A stretch of DNA of 64,000 nt, from positions 62,001 to 126,000 of the forward strand of contig JBDOQK010000027.1 in assembly GCA_040437565.1 (NCBI GenBank), given 5' to 3'. The notes beneath the pieces were generated by a model, which was given only the letters and a program-made list of their open reading frames with translations, did not search any database and was not told the DNA's origin. This document shows positions 63,037 through 64,000 of the stretch, in pieces (the stretch's first letter is position 1; the number at the start of each line of letters is the position of its first letter). Source of the stretch: Albugo candida. Taxonomy: Eukaryota. A program made the translations under genes and the position numbers.

Positions 63037-64000
63037 TCAGTTGGAATCGGCGACTTGTAAAGACTCCAAAGCGCTTTTCAGCGACGATAATGCTTTTCCG
63101 AGTATTTCCAACGACGTTGCGTATGATATACGAATACCGTGTAGGATGCCAAAAGCCGATCCGGGAACAACAGCCGTGTGATATTCCTGCAATAAATATT
63201 TGCAGAAATCATCGCATGACTCGATCAGAGTGCTTGGAGATGCTCGAACACTTGCATATTTACCATCAAAATACCACGAGAAATCCAGGAATACGTAAAA
63301 TGCGGCGGTAGGGTGCACAAAGCGAATATGAGGTAATTCGTTCAAGCATTTGATCACAAAACTGCGTTTCTCATCCATGAGGCTCAAGGTGGAAGTGATA
63401 CGAGGAACGGATGCTGGGTCTTGGACCGCTTCTAGCTCGAGATGCATTGCTTCACAGGCTGCTAATTGACCGACAGAGCTTGCGCCTGAAGTCAACTGAC
63501 CTTGGACTTTGGCACAAGCCTGTACAATGGATTTCGATGCTGCCATATAGCCGAGACGAAGGCCCGGCATCGCATGAGATTTCGAAAAGCCATTGATCAC
63601 AATCGTTCGTTCATACATACCAGGGAGGCTCGCAAAACACTGATGGAGCCGCAAAACATTCTCAGTAGCATCCTGGTAGACAAGTTGTTCATAAATCTCG
63701 TCACTTATCACGACCACATGCTGGAATTGCGGTTTATGCAGCACGTTGGCGATCGCACTGATGTGGTGTGGCTCATGAAGGGTTCCTGCTGGATTACTTG
63801 GATTACAAAGGATCAGAATTCGGATTCGTGGGTTCAGTGTGAGTTTTTCTTCGAGAGCCTCTGGGTCGATGAGGTAGTTGTTCTCGATGGTTGTCTCCAG
63901 TATGATCGGTTCTGCTTGAACGAGCTTCACCATTTCCGGGTAGCTGACCCAGTATGGTGCAGGAATCAGTACCTGGTCACCAGGCTTACACATGCAAAAA
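63037..64000 (-). CDS. Class I/II PLP aminotransferase (aspartate/prephenate aminotransferase, Ib-like), 5' end outside the window
   Basis: PAPYWVSYPEM, LCNPSNPAG, ISDEIYE, NGFSKSHAMPGLRLGY (PLP lysine), PGSAFG, IRISYA. Confidence 0.93.
   Translation of the reverse strand, partial: FCMCKPGDQVLIPAPYWVSYPEMVKLVQAEPIILETTIENNYLIDPEALEEKLTLNPRIRILILCNPSNPAGTLHEPHHISAIANVLHKPQFQHVVVISDEIYEQLVYQDATENVLRLHQCFASLPGMYERTIVINGFSKSHAMPGLRLGYMAASKSIVQACAKVQGQLTSGASSVGQLAACEAMHLELEAVQDPASVPRITSTLSLMDEKRSFVIKCLNELPHIRFVHPTAAFYVFLDFSWYFDGKYASVRASPSTLIESCDDFCKYLLQEYHTAVVPGSAFGILHGIRISYATSLEILGKALSSLKSALESLQVADSN

Overview
Eukaryotic, intron-containing DNA from an oomycete, plausibly Albugo. That assignment is inferred from the YSPTSPA RPB1 tail, epsilon-tubulin, short (~40-70 nt) introns and very tight gene packing. 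Two gene-dense housekeeping blocks (10.6-28.9 kb; 34-64 kb) carry an ABCC transporter, C9orf85-like, Yippee, Cdt1, RPB1, Rab5, mitochondrial L27, HPS3, ankyrin-FYVE, epsilon-tubulin, DnaJ, malic enzyme, YbeY, a Yhm2-like carrier, an F-box-like gene, Hsp110, a HAL-like/HisRS fusion, an MFS transporter, DNA ligase IV and an aminotransferase. Two gene-sparse, decayed islands (0-10.5 kb; 29-34 kb) hold a dead DDE transposase and two copies of an unrecognised repeat-protein family with 'CVVAHHPP' units. One copy contains a near-perfect 214-bp-arm palindrome. A rearranged tandem duplication of an L27-HPS3-ankyrin/FYVE block spans about 29.8-42 kb. Twelve 100-N scaffold gaps, nine with duplicated flanks, create false gene duplications. 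No new multi-gene system can be demonstrated from sequence alone. The best leads are the hairpin/repeat family, the duplication, the HAL-HisRS fusion, oomycete HPS3 and the <60-bp intergenic spacers.
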